Assembly (NCBI GenBank): GCA_947167015.1
Contig: CAMVGM010000004.1
Span: forward strand, 9,794 to 73,793
Source: an uncultured Bacteroidales bacterium
GTDB taxonomy: Bacteria; Bacteroidota; Bacteroidia; Bacteroidales; UBA932
Reading direction: 5' to 3'
DNA: 64,000 bases
Under the pieces are notes generated by a model. That model was not told the DNA's origin and did no database searches. It saw nothing but the letters and a program-made list of their open reading frames with translations. The first letter of the stretch is position 1. Every line of letters begins with the position of its first letter. Positions 40,028-48,645 of the stretch are shown piece after piece. The position numbers and the translations under genes are program-made.

Positions 40028-40960
40028 ATGAAAAAGATCCTTTCCCTCCTCGCGGCGGCCCTGCTTGCCGCCCTCCCCTTCCAGACGGTCCGTGCCGCGG
40101 TCCCCGACCCCGCCGCCGCTTCCCGCGAAACGCGCGACTACCAGCTCCGCGGCTTCGACGGGCTGGACATTTCCTGGACCTTCAAAGTGGAACTGACGCG
40201 CGGGAGCCGCTACTCCGTTCGCGTGGAAGCCCCGGACTTCATCTTCCCCTACCTGAAGGTCGAGGTCAAGGGCGGCGTCCTGACGCTGGGCACCGGCGAA
40301 CTGCCGAGAGACATCCGGCGGAAGATCGAGGCGCTCAGCCGTTCCGGCGAAATCCGCGCCAGCGTGACCATGCCCGAACTCTGCTCGCTCGAGATGTCCG
40401 GAGCCGCGCAGCTCAACACCCGGGATGAATTCCTGCACCGCAATGACAAGTTCAGGATGCGGCTCAGCGGAGCGGCTTCCGCCCACGGGCTCTCCGTCAA
40501 GGCGATCGACGCCGACATCGACGGCAGCGGTGCCGCCAAGTTCGACCTGAAAGGCGAATTCGACCGGGTGGACCTGCGTATGTCCGGTGCAGCGAACGGA
40601 AAGTTGGAATCGTCCCCGAAAGTAGTGGACGCAAACCTGTCCGGCGCGGCGAAACTTGACTGGACGGGCCGGCTGGGCAAGACCGGGATCCTGGCTTCCG
40701 GCAGCGCCAACCTCGGAATCGAAGGCGCCGCGGCGGAACTGAACGTGAACGGGTCAGGAGCCGCCAAGGTCCGCGCGGGCCAGGCGGCATCCCGCACGGC
40801 CGAAGTCCGGCTGTCCGGTGCCGCTTCCTGCGAACTCGATGTCCGGGAATCCCTCAGCGTCAACCTGTCCGGCGCTTCCTCCTGCCGCTACCACGGCACC
40901 GACGCGCTGCGCGTCACCACGCAGTCCGTCTCCCGCGGCGCCTCGCTGACGCGCTACTAA
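40028..40960 (+). CDS. DUF2807 / GIN-domain secreted protein
   Basis: Signal peptide; many SGA(A/S) beta-helix repeats. Confidence 0.88.
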   Translation: MKKILSLLAAALLAALPFQTVRAAVPDPAAASRETRDYQLRGFDGLDISWTFKVELTRGSRYSVRVEAPDFIFPYLKVEVKGGVLTLGTGELPRDIRRKIEALSRSGEIRASVTMPELCSLEMSGAAQLNTRDEFLHRNDKFRMRLSGAASAHGLSVKAIDADIDGSGAAKFDLKGEFDRVDLRMSGAANGKLESSPKVVDANLSGAAKLDWTGRLGKTGILASGSANLGIEGAAAELNVNGSGAAKVRAGQAASRTAEVRLSGAASCELDVRESLSVNLSGASSCRYHGTDALRVTTQSVSRGASLTRY

Positions 40961-41021
40961 GGGGGCATGCCCCGAATCCCTGCGATACTCCCCTGGTCAT
41001 AGCCGCCCCAATCGGCCATCC

Positions 41022-41154
41022 CTGACAGGTCTCCAGCAAAACGCCTTCCTGTGCGTTCTGGCTGGAGACCTGCCAGTGTTTTAGGCTGAAACGGGCTATT
41101 TAAGGCGAGAGGTCTCCAATTCTTTGGCGCCAGAGGCCGTTTTGGTGAAGACCT
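41022..41154. repeat. Family-B hairpin pair B1 (41022-41076) and B2 (41110-41154)
   Basis: CAGGTCTCCAGC-N23-GCTGGAGACCTG; degenerate copy 83 bp downstream. Confidence 0.92.
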
Positions 41155-41155
41155 G

Positions 41156-42082
41156 TCACAATACCAGGCAACGGTTTATCTGGGACGGAGCCAAATGGAA
41201 TCGACGGGACAAATCGACTCCGATGCTTTTCCGTTGTTCCCAGTTCAGCTGATAGACGGAAGCCTTATGGTAACCGGAAACGTATTCATCATCAATAATC
41301 CGGCACACATCCTGATCAGAGAGTCGGGACGGAGAATACAGATGTCCTTTTTCGCCGGCGAGCATCTTGGATATAGATTCATAAGTGTTTGCCGGCTCCA
41401 GCAATTCCAGGGTAATGGGGTCGACGTTACTCGGATCCTGCTGTTGCTCCCGCTGCCACTCCTCGCCGGAAAGACGGCTCATATAATAATCGAAACACCT
41501 TGGCGTCCGATAGTAGTGTTCCACAAGTCCGAGGTTTTCGAAACTGCTACGCATAAGCATCCCGTCCCGGTCCATCGCAAAGTGGTCGGGAAACGGGGAG
41601 CGCCGGGGAAGACACCGGGCTATGTCAATGCGGGATGTGATGGCCGGGACACAGGCCTCTTTGCCGAGGTCCTTTCGGAACAGATGGTTCGCCGAGCAGT
41701 GCGGGTATGAAAAAGCAGTGGCGCTCTGTCCATGGTGCAGTCCATTTCGGAGCACATAACTGATTGCCGCAAGAATATGGTTATTCCCATCCAGACAGAG
41801 CAGGAAATAGCCCGGATCGAACAAGGGACCTTGCGCTAAATGCCGTGCGCGATGATATTTGGTAATCCGCATCTTGAGGATGCGGCAAAAGCGAATGATG
41901 GCCTGTTCATCCGCATATCCGATACCATGGATGTGGGTGGACATCACGGCATCGACCCAGAGTTCCACCTGGCAGTTGAAAGCTTCCAATGCCAGGATAT
42001 TGGTGATCTGCCGGACATCTTCTTCGTCCCGGAACAGGACTTCAGCGTGACAGGTAATACAAAAATGAAAGAGGCTTTTCAT
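41156..42082 (-). CDS. RAYT-like HUH/Y1 tyrosine transposase with C-terminal extension (paralog 2)
   Basis: FH, LFRDEED, MSTHIH (HUH), GPLFDPG, YVLRN; shares LPRRS, TPR, RLS.EEW, SVYQL and QINRCL with paralog 1. Confidence 0.85.
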   Translation of the reverse strand: MKSLFHFCITCHAEVLFRDEEDVRQITNILALEAFNCQVELWVDAVMSTHIHGIGYADEQAIIRFCRILKMRITKYHRARHLAQGPLFDPGYFLLCLDGNNHILAAISYVLRNGLHHGQSATAFSYPHCSANHLFRKDLGKEACVPAITSRIDIARCLPRRSPFPDHFAMDRDGMLMRSSFENLGLVEHYYRTPRCFDYYMSRLSGEEWQREQQQDPSNVDPITLELLEPANTYESISKMLAGEKGHLYSPSRLSDQDVCRIIDDEYVSGYHKASVYQLNWEQRKSIGVDLSRRFHLAPSQINRCLVL

Positions 42083-42144
42083 TGTTCAAGTTCTTCTTGT
42101 CTGCAAGATAGCAAATCCCCTTTTCGTTCGCAAACAAATCCGAT

Positions 42145-42277
42145 AGGTCTCCAGTAAAACAGGTTCTGGTGCAATAGAACTGGCGACCTCCCCCGCCGAA
42201 TGGTCGAAAAAGGTCCAAAACACCAACAGGTCTCCAGCAAAACGCCTATCTGTGCGTTCTAGCTGGAGACCTGTCAG
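42145..42277. repeat. Family-B hairpin pair B3 (42145-42189) and B4 (42227-42277)
   Basis: AGGTCTCCAG at 42145 and 42228 (83-bp period); B3 resembles the reverse complement of B2. Confidence 0.92.
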
Positions 42278-42314
42278 AGATACGAGATGGAACCGAGAGA
42301 GCCGGCGCCGAGGT

Positions 42315-43100
42315 CTATTCCGGTTTGATGCGGCGGACGAGGCGGGCGCAGAGGCCGGGGAAGAAGCGCTTGACGTACACCATCAGCAGTTCCTTGCTGC
42401 CGACCAGCACCTCGCGCCGCCCGCGGTCGATGGCCCGGACGATGATCCGCGCGGCGCGCTCCGGGGAAATGCCGCCGGCCTGGCCGGCATCCATCTTTCC
42501 GTGCGGCTTGCCGCCCTTGTCCAGGGCATTCAGGGAGATGGCCGTCTGCACCCGGCCCGGGCACACGATCGTGACCCGGATGCCCCGGTGGAAGTACTCG
42601 GCCTGCAGGGTCTCGAAGAAACCGTACACCGCGAACTTGGCGGAAGCATAGGCGCAGCGGAGCGGGAAGCCGAACTTGCCGGAAATGGACGAAGTCACGG
42701 CGATGTGACCGCCTCCCTGCGCCAGCATCTTGGGCAGGACGGCACGGGCGATGTTCTCCGGAGCGAAGAAATCGATCTCCATGATCTTCCGGATCATCGC
42801 TTCGGACGTATCCTCCACCAGCGTGCGCTGGCTGATGCCGGCGTTGCAGTACACGACGTCCAGCCCGCCGAAGGCTTCCCAGGCGGCTTCGCAAAGCGCC
42901 TGCAGCCCCGAAGGATCGGAGAAATCATAAGGCAGCGCCTGCACGCCGGCGGCACCGGCGGCACGGCATTTTTCCGCAGCCTCATCCAGTTCCTTCCCGG
43001 GCAGGGCCGTCATCACCAGCTGCGCGCCCCGCGAGGCGTAACGCAGGCAGCAGGCCAGCCCGATGCCGGAGGAAGCTCCTGTAATCCAGACTCTCTGCAT
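42315..43100 (-). CDS. SDR-family oxidoreductase
   Basis: ITGASSGIG, NAG, YASAK. Confidence 0.95.
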   Translation of the reverse strand: MQRVWITGASSGIGLACCLRYASRGAQLVMTALPGKELDEAAEKCRAAGAAGVQALPYDFSDPSGLQALCEAAWEAFGGLDVVYCNAGISQRTLVEDTSEAMIRKIMEIDFFAPENIARAVLPKMLAQGGGHIAVTSSISGKFGFPLRCAYASAKFAVYGFFETLQAEYFHRGIRVTIVCPGRVQTAISLNALDKGGKPHGKMDAGQAGGISPERAARIIVRAIDRGRREVLVGSKELLMVYVKRFFPGLCARLVRRIKPE

Positions 43101-43101
43101 A

Positions 43102-44175
43102 TCACGGACGGGGTTTCTGCCGGGACACCAGGCCCATCATCCGGAAGAGGAACTTCGGAAGCGGCTTGTCGGCGTCCCGCTTGGACATGTCGATGAACCA
43201 GCCCAGTTTCTTCGCCACCGGGACCTTGTGCGTCTCCACGAACTCGATCAGCGTGCCGTCGGGATCTTCGATATAAGTGAAATGGCCCGAGGCGTCGCCC
43301 ATGTCGAACTGCTCCCCGTTGGGGCAGCTGTCCACCGTGAACGGATGGCCGTGGGCGGCGCAGAAATCTCCGAGCGCCCGCATCCCAGTCACGTCGAAAC
43401 AGACCTGGATGAAGCCCGGATCACCCCAGAAACGGCCCTCGTACACCTTGCGCGGCGTATAGTCCAGCGCCTGGACGAGTTCGAGGGTGCTCTCGCCGAA
43501 CATCCCGGAGAAGGCGCCGGTATGCGGCGCGTGTCCCAGCAGGACGCGGCGGCAGCGCCGCTCCCCGCCGGGCAGGAATCCGCTCTCGTCGAAGGTGCCC
43601 TCGGTGTCGCTCAGGACGCGGCCGTAGCCCAGGACGTCGGCATAGAAACGCATAGAGGCGTCCAGGTCGCTCACGCCGATGACGGCGCCGACCAGACCGC
43701 CGGCGTTCCGTCCCTCGTCGATGAACACGTCTTTCCGCTCCACGGCCTGGAACCAGTTGCCATACAGGTCCCTGACCCAGAAGAAGGGCGTCCCGTCGGG
43801 AAGTTTCCCGAGGGGGCCGCAGTCCTTCCATTTCGCAGAAACTTCCCGGTGGAAGGCGGCCGCATCGCGGCACTTCAGCTTGGCCGCCAGGATGCCCAGG
43901 TCGCCGACGCTCACCTGGAAGGGACAGGGCTCGGGCTTGCGCTCCGAGAACTGCCAGATCTCATAACCGGACCCGCCCTGCAGGTTCACGGCGATGCAGG
44001 CGTGCCGCTTCTGCGGGCGGCCGCCCGTATAGGGCAGCATCCGCTCCGCCACCGTGTCGTCCTCGAGGATCTTCACGTCGGCACCGAACATGTCGATGAA
44101 CCAGTTCCAGGATTTCCTGAAGTCTTCCGTTCCGACACCGATCTGCTGGATGCCGGAAATCTTGAAATCCGCCAT
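43102..44175 (-). CDS. VOC / glyoxalase-family protein (two domains)
   Basis: IQQIGVG, RDLYGNWFQ, IGVSDLDAS..FY, YIEDPDGTLIEFVE. Confidence 0.88.
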   Translation of the reverse strand: MADFKISGIQQIGVGTEDFRKSWNWFIDMFGADVKILEDDTVAERMLPYTGGRPQKRHACIAVNLQGGSGYEIWQFSERKPEPCPFQVSVGDLGILAAKLKCRDAAAFHREVSAKWKDCGPLGKLPDGTPFFWVRDLYGNWFQAVERKDVFIDEGRNAGGLVGAVIGVSDLDASMRFYADVLGYGRVLSDTEGTFDESGFLPGGERRCRRVLLGHAPHTGAFSGMFGESTLELVQALDYTPRKVYEGRFWGDPGFIQVCFDVTGMRALGDFCAAHGHPFTVDSCPNGEQFDMGDASGHFTYIEDPDGTLIEFVETHKVPVAKKLGWFIDMSKRDADKPLPKFLFRMMGLVSRQKPRP

Positions 44176-44186
44176 GGAATACGGGT

Positions 44187-45194
44187 CTATTTCGCGTCCA
44201 TCGCCTGGCAGGCGGTGATGGCGATCATCTTGTAAACATCATCCACGCTGCAGCCGCGGCTGAGGTCGTTCACCGGCCGGGCGATGCCCTGGAGGATGGG
44301 GCCGATGGCGTCGGCCTCGCCCAGGCGCTGGACCAGCTTGTAGGCGATGTTGCCGACCTCGAGGTTCGGGAACACGAGCACGTTGGCGTTGCCGGCGATC
44401 TCGGAACCGGGAGCCTTCTTCTTGCCCACGGACGGCACCAGGGCGGCATCCGCCTGCAGTTCGCCGTCGATCTTGAGATCCGGATTCAGCTCCTTCGCGA
44501 GCGCGGTGGCCTCGACCACCTTGTCCACGACCTCGTGCTTCGCAGAGCCCTTGGTGGAGAAGGACAGCATCGCCACGCGCGGATCGGTGAAGCCGGCTAC
44601 GCTCTTGGCGGTCTGCGCCGTGCACACGGCGATCTGGGCCAGCTGGGACGCATCCGGGGCGGGGGTCACCGCCACGTCGCCGATCACGAGCACGCCGTTC
44701 TCGCCGTACTGCGGGGTCTTGGTGATCATCAGCATCGCGCCGCTCACGCAGGTGATGCCGGGGGCGCACTTGATGATCTGGAGGGCGGGACGGAGGGTCT
44801 CGCCGGTCGTGGACAGCGCACCGCTGATCTGTCCGTCGGCATCGCCGCTCTTGATGATGAGGCAGCCGAAGTAGAGCGGATCGAGGACGGTCTTGCGGGC
44901 CAGTTCGATCGTCATCCCCTTCTTCTGGCGGAGCTGGAAGAGCAGCTGGGCGTACTCCTCGGTCTTCTCGCTGGTCTCGGGGTCGATGATGGTGGCCTTG
45001 TCGATGTTCTTGAGGCCGAGTCCGGCGGCATAGGCGAGCACTTTCTCGCGGTTGCCGATCAGGATGATGTCGGCGAGGCCGTCGGCGATGGCGCGGTCTG
45101 CCGCCGTGATGGTGCGCTCCTCGAAGGATTCCGGGAGCACGATGCGCTGCCGGTTGGACTGGGCGCGCGCAACGATCTGGTCAATGAGGGACAT
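44187..45194 (-). CDS. pta: Phosphate acetyltransferase
   Basis: RIVLPE, AMLSFSTKGSA, DGELQADAA, FPNLEVGNIAYK, PVNDLSRGC. Confidence 0.98.
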   Translation of the reverse strand: MSLIDQIVARAQSNRQRIVLPESFEERTITAADRAIADGLADIILIGNREKVLAYAAGLGLKNIDKATIIDPETSEKTEEYAQLLFQLRQKKGMTIELARKTVLDPLYFGCLIIKSGDADGQISGALSTTGETLRPALQIIKCAPGITCVSGAMLMITKTPQYGENGVLVIGDVAVTPAPDASQLAQIAVCTAQTAKSVAGFTDPRVAMLSFSTKGSAKHEVVDKVVEATALAKELNPDLKIDGELQADAALVPSVGKKKAPGSEIAGNANVLVFPNLEVGNIAYKLVQRLGEADAIGPILQGIARPVNDLSRGCSVDDVYKMIAITACQAMDAK

Positions 45195-45204
45195 ATCAGT
45201 GGTA

Positions 45205-46422
45205 TTAGTTTTCAAGTTCGGAAACGATGTGCATGGTGTCGCGGGCGATCACCAGTTCCTCGTTGGTGGGGATGAGGGCCACCTTCACGGTGGAGTCCGG
45301 CGCGGAGATGATGGTCTCGCTGCTGCGGGCGCCGTCGTTGGCCTCGGCGTCGATCTTGACGCCCATGTAGGAGAGGTTCTCGCAGACATGGCGGCGCAGG
45401 CGCGGGTTGTTCTCGCCGATGCCGGCCGTGAACACGATCAGGTCCACGCCGTTCATCTCGGCGATGTAGGCGCCGACGTTCTTGATGGTATCGTAGGTGA
45501 GCTTCTTGAGCACGATCTTCGCGCGCACGTCGCCCGCCTTCGCCGCGGCGTCCATGTCGCGGAGGTCGGAGCTCTTGCCGGACAGGCCGAGGAAACCGCT
45601 CTTCTTGTTCATCACGGTCGTCATCTCGTCGGGCGTGAGGTTCTCCTTCTTCATGATATAGGGGACGATGTTGGCGTCGATGTTGCCGCAGCGGGTGCCC
45701 ATGATCATGCCCTCGAGCGGGGTGAAGCCCATCGAGGTATCCACCACCTTGCCGTCCTTGATCGCGGTCACGCTGCTGCCGTTGCCGAGGTGGCAGGTGA
45801 TGATCTTGGAATGCGCGAGGTCCAGGCCGGCGAGTTTCGCGCCGCGCTGGGAGACGTACTGGTGGGAGGTGCCGTGGGCGCCGTAACGGCGGACGCGGTA
45901 CTTCTGGTAGTACTCGTACGGGAGGGCGTACATATAGGCGTACGGCTCCATCGTCTGGTGGAAGGCGGTGTCGAAGGTCACGACCTGCGGCACGTCGGGA
46001 AGCACGTGGGAGATGGCCTCGATGCCGAGCAGGTGGGCCGGGTTGTGCAGCGGGGCGAAGTCGCAGCAGATGCCGATCTTCTTCAGGACATCCTCGTCCA
46101 CGAGGGTGCTTCCGGAGAAGAAATCGGCACCCTGCACGATGCGGTGGCCGACGGCCTCGATGTCGTCGAAGCTGGACAGCACGCCGTGATCCGGGTCCAC
46201 CAGGGCGTCGAGCACGAGCTTCATGCCGACCTTATGATCCGGGATGGGGAGGGTCACGGAGTACGGCTCCTTGCCGGTAGGCTTGTGGGTGATGCAGCCG
46301 TCGGGGAGGCCGATTTTTTCGACCAGGCCCTTGGCCAGCAGGTCATAGACATCGTCGTTCTTCATATCGAGAAGCTGGTACTTCACGGAAGAACTGCCGC
46401 AATTGATAACAAGGATGATCAT
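45205..46422 (-). CDS. ackA: Acetate kinase
   Basis: INCGSSSVK, GHRIVQG, APLHNP, FDTAFHQT, HLGNGSS, FTAGIGEN, PTNEE. Confidence 0.98.
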   Translation of the reverse strand: MIILVINCGSSSVKYQLLDMKNDDVYDLLAKGLVEKIGLPDGCITHKPTGKEPYSVTLPIPDHKVGMKLVLDALVDPDHGVLSSFDDIEAVGHRIVQGADFFSGSTLVDEDVLKKIGICCDFAPLHNPAHLLGIEAISHVLPDVPQVVTFDTAFHQTMEPYAYMYALPYEYYQKYRVRRYGAHGTSHQYVSQRGAKLAGLDLAHSKIITCHLGNGSSVTAIKDGKVVDTSMGFTPLEGMIMGTRCGNIDANIVPYIMKKENLTPDEMTTVMNKKSGFLGLSGKSSDLRDMDAAAKAGDVRAKIVLKKLTYDTIKNVGAYIAEMNGVDLIVFTAGIGENNPRLRRHVCENLSYMGVKIDAEANDGARSSETIISAPDSTVKVALIPTNEELVIARDTMHIVSELEN

Positions 46423-46496
46423 ATTTGAAAAGTTATAGTGTCCTATATCGTGCAAATTTAAGAAATAATGCGTATTTTGGCAAAAATTCGATTGAA

Positions 46497-47558
46497 ATGG
46501 TCGTGGAGAAGGACATCGTGGCGATTTCAATCCCTTTTTCAGCAGGAGTGGTCACGGCGGCGCTGGTGCCACCCGGGGGAGATGTGCCATACTGGCTTGC
46601 CGCGGGGAGCTGCCTCGCGGCAGCGGGCCTGTTCCTGCTCGCCTGCGGGCGGGGCGGCCGCAACGGCGCCGTCCTGGCCCTGTTTTACTGCCTGGGGCTT
46701 TTCTGCCACGCCTCCGCACTCGCCCGGGGGCCCGCCCCCGGCCCGGACCCGAGCAGCGGACGGGCGCTGCAGGGCCTGCTGCGGAGCATAGACGCCGCGG
46801 CCTTCCCCCACGCCGATACGGCGGAACTGCTGAAAGCCCTGCTCGCCGGGCAGCGGGGCGGACTGGACCCGCAGACCGTCGCGGCCTTCCGTGCGGCGGG
46901 CGCCTCCCACATCCTGGCCCTGTCCGGACTGCACCTGGGCATCCTCTACGGCATCCTGCACAAAGCGCTCGGCTGGCTGGGGAACGGGCGGGCGGCCGCT
47001 GCGTTCCGGAGCGCGGCCTGCGTCGCAGCGGCCGCCTGCTACCTCGCGATGACCGGCGCCTCCCCTTCCCTCGTGCGGGCCTTCCTGTTCATCCTGTTCA
47101 ACGAACTGTCCCGGCTGCTTCCCGGCCGGCGGAGGCGCCCCCTGAACGTCTTCTGCGCCGCCCTCACGCTTCAGCTGGCCGTTTCGCCGACGGTGGTCCG
47201 CAGCCTCGGATTCCAGCTATCCTACCTTGCGATGCTGGGCATCGTGCTGCTCTTCCCGCGCCTGGAAGCCTGGTATCCGAAGGGCCTCCGGGGCGATCCG
47301 CTCCGCCGCATCTGGAGCGGCGTCGCGCTCACGCTCTCCTGCCAGGCCTTCACCGCCCCGCTCGTCTGGATCCGCTTCCACAGTTTCCCCAAATACTTCC
47401 TGATCACCAACCTGGGCGCGCTCCCGCTGGCAGAGGGCTTCATCCTCTGCGGGCTGCCCGCCCTGGTCCCCGGCTGCCCCCGGGGCATAAAAAATCTGGC
47501 CGATGCGCTCGGCCAGACTTTGATCTTTTTCCTGAAAGCGGTGGCGGCTATTCCGTGA
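46497..47558 (+). CDS. comEC: ComEC/Rec2 competence-domain membrane protein (short)
   Basis: GASHILALSGLHLG, GASPSLVRA, GFQLSYLA. Confidence 0.85.
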   Translation: MVVEKDIVAISIPFSAGVVTAALVPPGGDVPYWLAAGSCLAAAGLFLLACGRGGRNGAVLALFYCLGLFCHASALARGPAPGPDPSSGRALQGLLRSIDAAAFPHADTAELLKALLAGQRGGLDPQTVAAFRAAGASHILALSGLHLGILYGILHKALGWLGNGRAAAAFRSAACVAAAACYLAMTGASPSLVRAFLFILFNELSRLLPGRRRRPLNVFCAALTLQLAVSPTVVRSLGFQLSYLAMLGIVLLFPRLEAWYPKGLRGDPLRRIWSGVALTLSCQAFTAPLVWIRFHSFPKYFLITNLGALPLAEGFILCGLPALVPGCPRGIKNLADALGQTLIFFLKAVAAIP

Positions 47559-48564
47559 GGTCCCGCACGCAGCGGACGGAAGCCGCGAAATCCGTCTTGG
47601 ATAGCCGTCCGCGGAAAATGACGTCCTTGTTGTGATAGACGTAGCGGCACACGCCCAGTCCGTCCGACTCGTCGGAGGTCCAGAAAGCGGCGTAGGCGTA
47701 AAGCCCGTCGAAGGTATAGCTCCCCCCGGAGACCGTGGCGTATCCCACGGGCATCACGGACAGGCCCAGCTGGTCGGAGATCTTCACCTCACGCCAGTAC
47801 TCCCACATCTTCGAGCCGTTGAAATAGAGGTCCGCCATCACCTTGCCCGCCATCCCGGAAAGGTCCTCGCCCGCCTCGGCGGACGGGTCCAGGGACGTCC
47901 AGTCGGCATCGGTGGGCAGGCGCCAGCCTTCGGGGCAGGCTGTCTGCGCCTCCTCCCAGGTGTAGTAGCGCCCGAACACGGAACTGATCGCGGCGCACTG
48001 CATATAAGGAGCGCCCGCGCCTTTCCAGGCCAGGTTCTGCCGCATCCAGGAGAGCTTGTCCCGGTCGACGGCATAATATTTCTCCCCGTCGCGCAGGTCC
48101 ACGAACTGCTCGGAAGAGCCGATGTTGAAATTCGTGACCGAGCCGCGTCCGTCCAGGCCGGCGCGCACGACAGAATAGGACACGCTGGCGGTAGAAGAGT
48201 AATAGGGAGCGTCCTGATCGACGAATCCGACCAGCGACAGCGAGTTGGTGACGATGGCGTCGGGGGCGGTGAAGACGAAGTCGTGGTGACGGATCACGCC
48301 GTCCGCCGTGACCAGGGTGTCATACACGCCCTTGCCCGAATCCCGGAACGCATAGCCGATCTTGCCGCCGTCCTCCCGGGACAGGTGCATCAGGGTGTCG
48401 ATCGTGAACGTCTTCGTATAGCCCGGCTCCACGTAAGGGGGCAGGGACAGGGAGATATACCCGTCCAAAGAATCGTATTCCTTCGTTTCGTCCTTCTTGC
48501 AGCCCTGGACGGACACGAATCCGGCCAGGAGGGCGGCGAGGACAAAGCATCTGACAAACTTCAT
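47548..48564 (-). CDS. FISUMP (Fib_succ_major) domain lipoprotein
   Basis: Lipobox VQGC; FVDLRDG..Y, WMRQNL, GRYYTW, CPEGWRLPT..DW, FWTS, SVRCVRD. Confidence 0.9.
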   Translation of the reverse strand: MKFVRCFVLAALLAGFVSVQGCKKDETKEYDSLDGYISLSLPPYVEPGYTKTFTIDTLMHLSREDGGKIGYAFRDSGKGVYDTLVTADGVIRHHDFVFTAPDAIVTNSLSLVGFVDQDAPYYSSTASVSYSVVRAGLDGRGSVTNFNIGSSEQFVDLRDGEKYYAVDRDKLSWMRQNLAWKGAGAPYMQCAAISSVFGRYYTWEEAQTACPEGWRLPTDADWTSLDPSAEAGEDLSGMAGKVMADLYFNGSKMWEYWREVKISDQLGLSVMPVGYATVSGGSYTFDGLYAYAAFWTSDESDGLGVCRYVYHNKDVIFRGRLSKTDFAASVRCVRDLTE

Positions 48565-48645
48565 ATTATCTTCCGTTACAATTTGCAAAGATGCGCAAAA
48601 ATGCGCGAAAATCCGCTAACTTTGTGCAAATACTTTGCCGAAGCG

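Larger units (their letters stand above)
41022..42277. mobile_element. RAYT/REP-like element 2 bounded by perfect 16-bp inverted repeats CTGACAGGTCTCCAGC
   Basis: 41022-41037 is the exact reverse complement of 42262-42277; four family-B hairpins surround an HUH gene; no target duplication seen. Confidence 0.75.

Noticed and set aside
41022-42277. Regularly spaced palindromic repeats as a CRISPR array
   Set aside because: Only two repeats per cluster, degenerate, with spacers related to each other and no cas genes.
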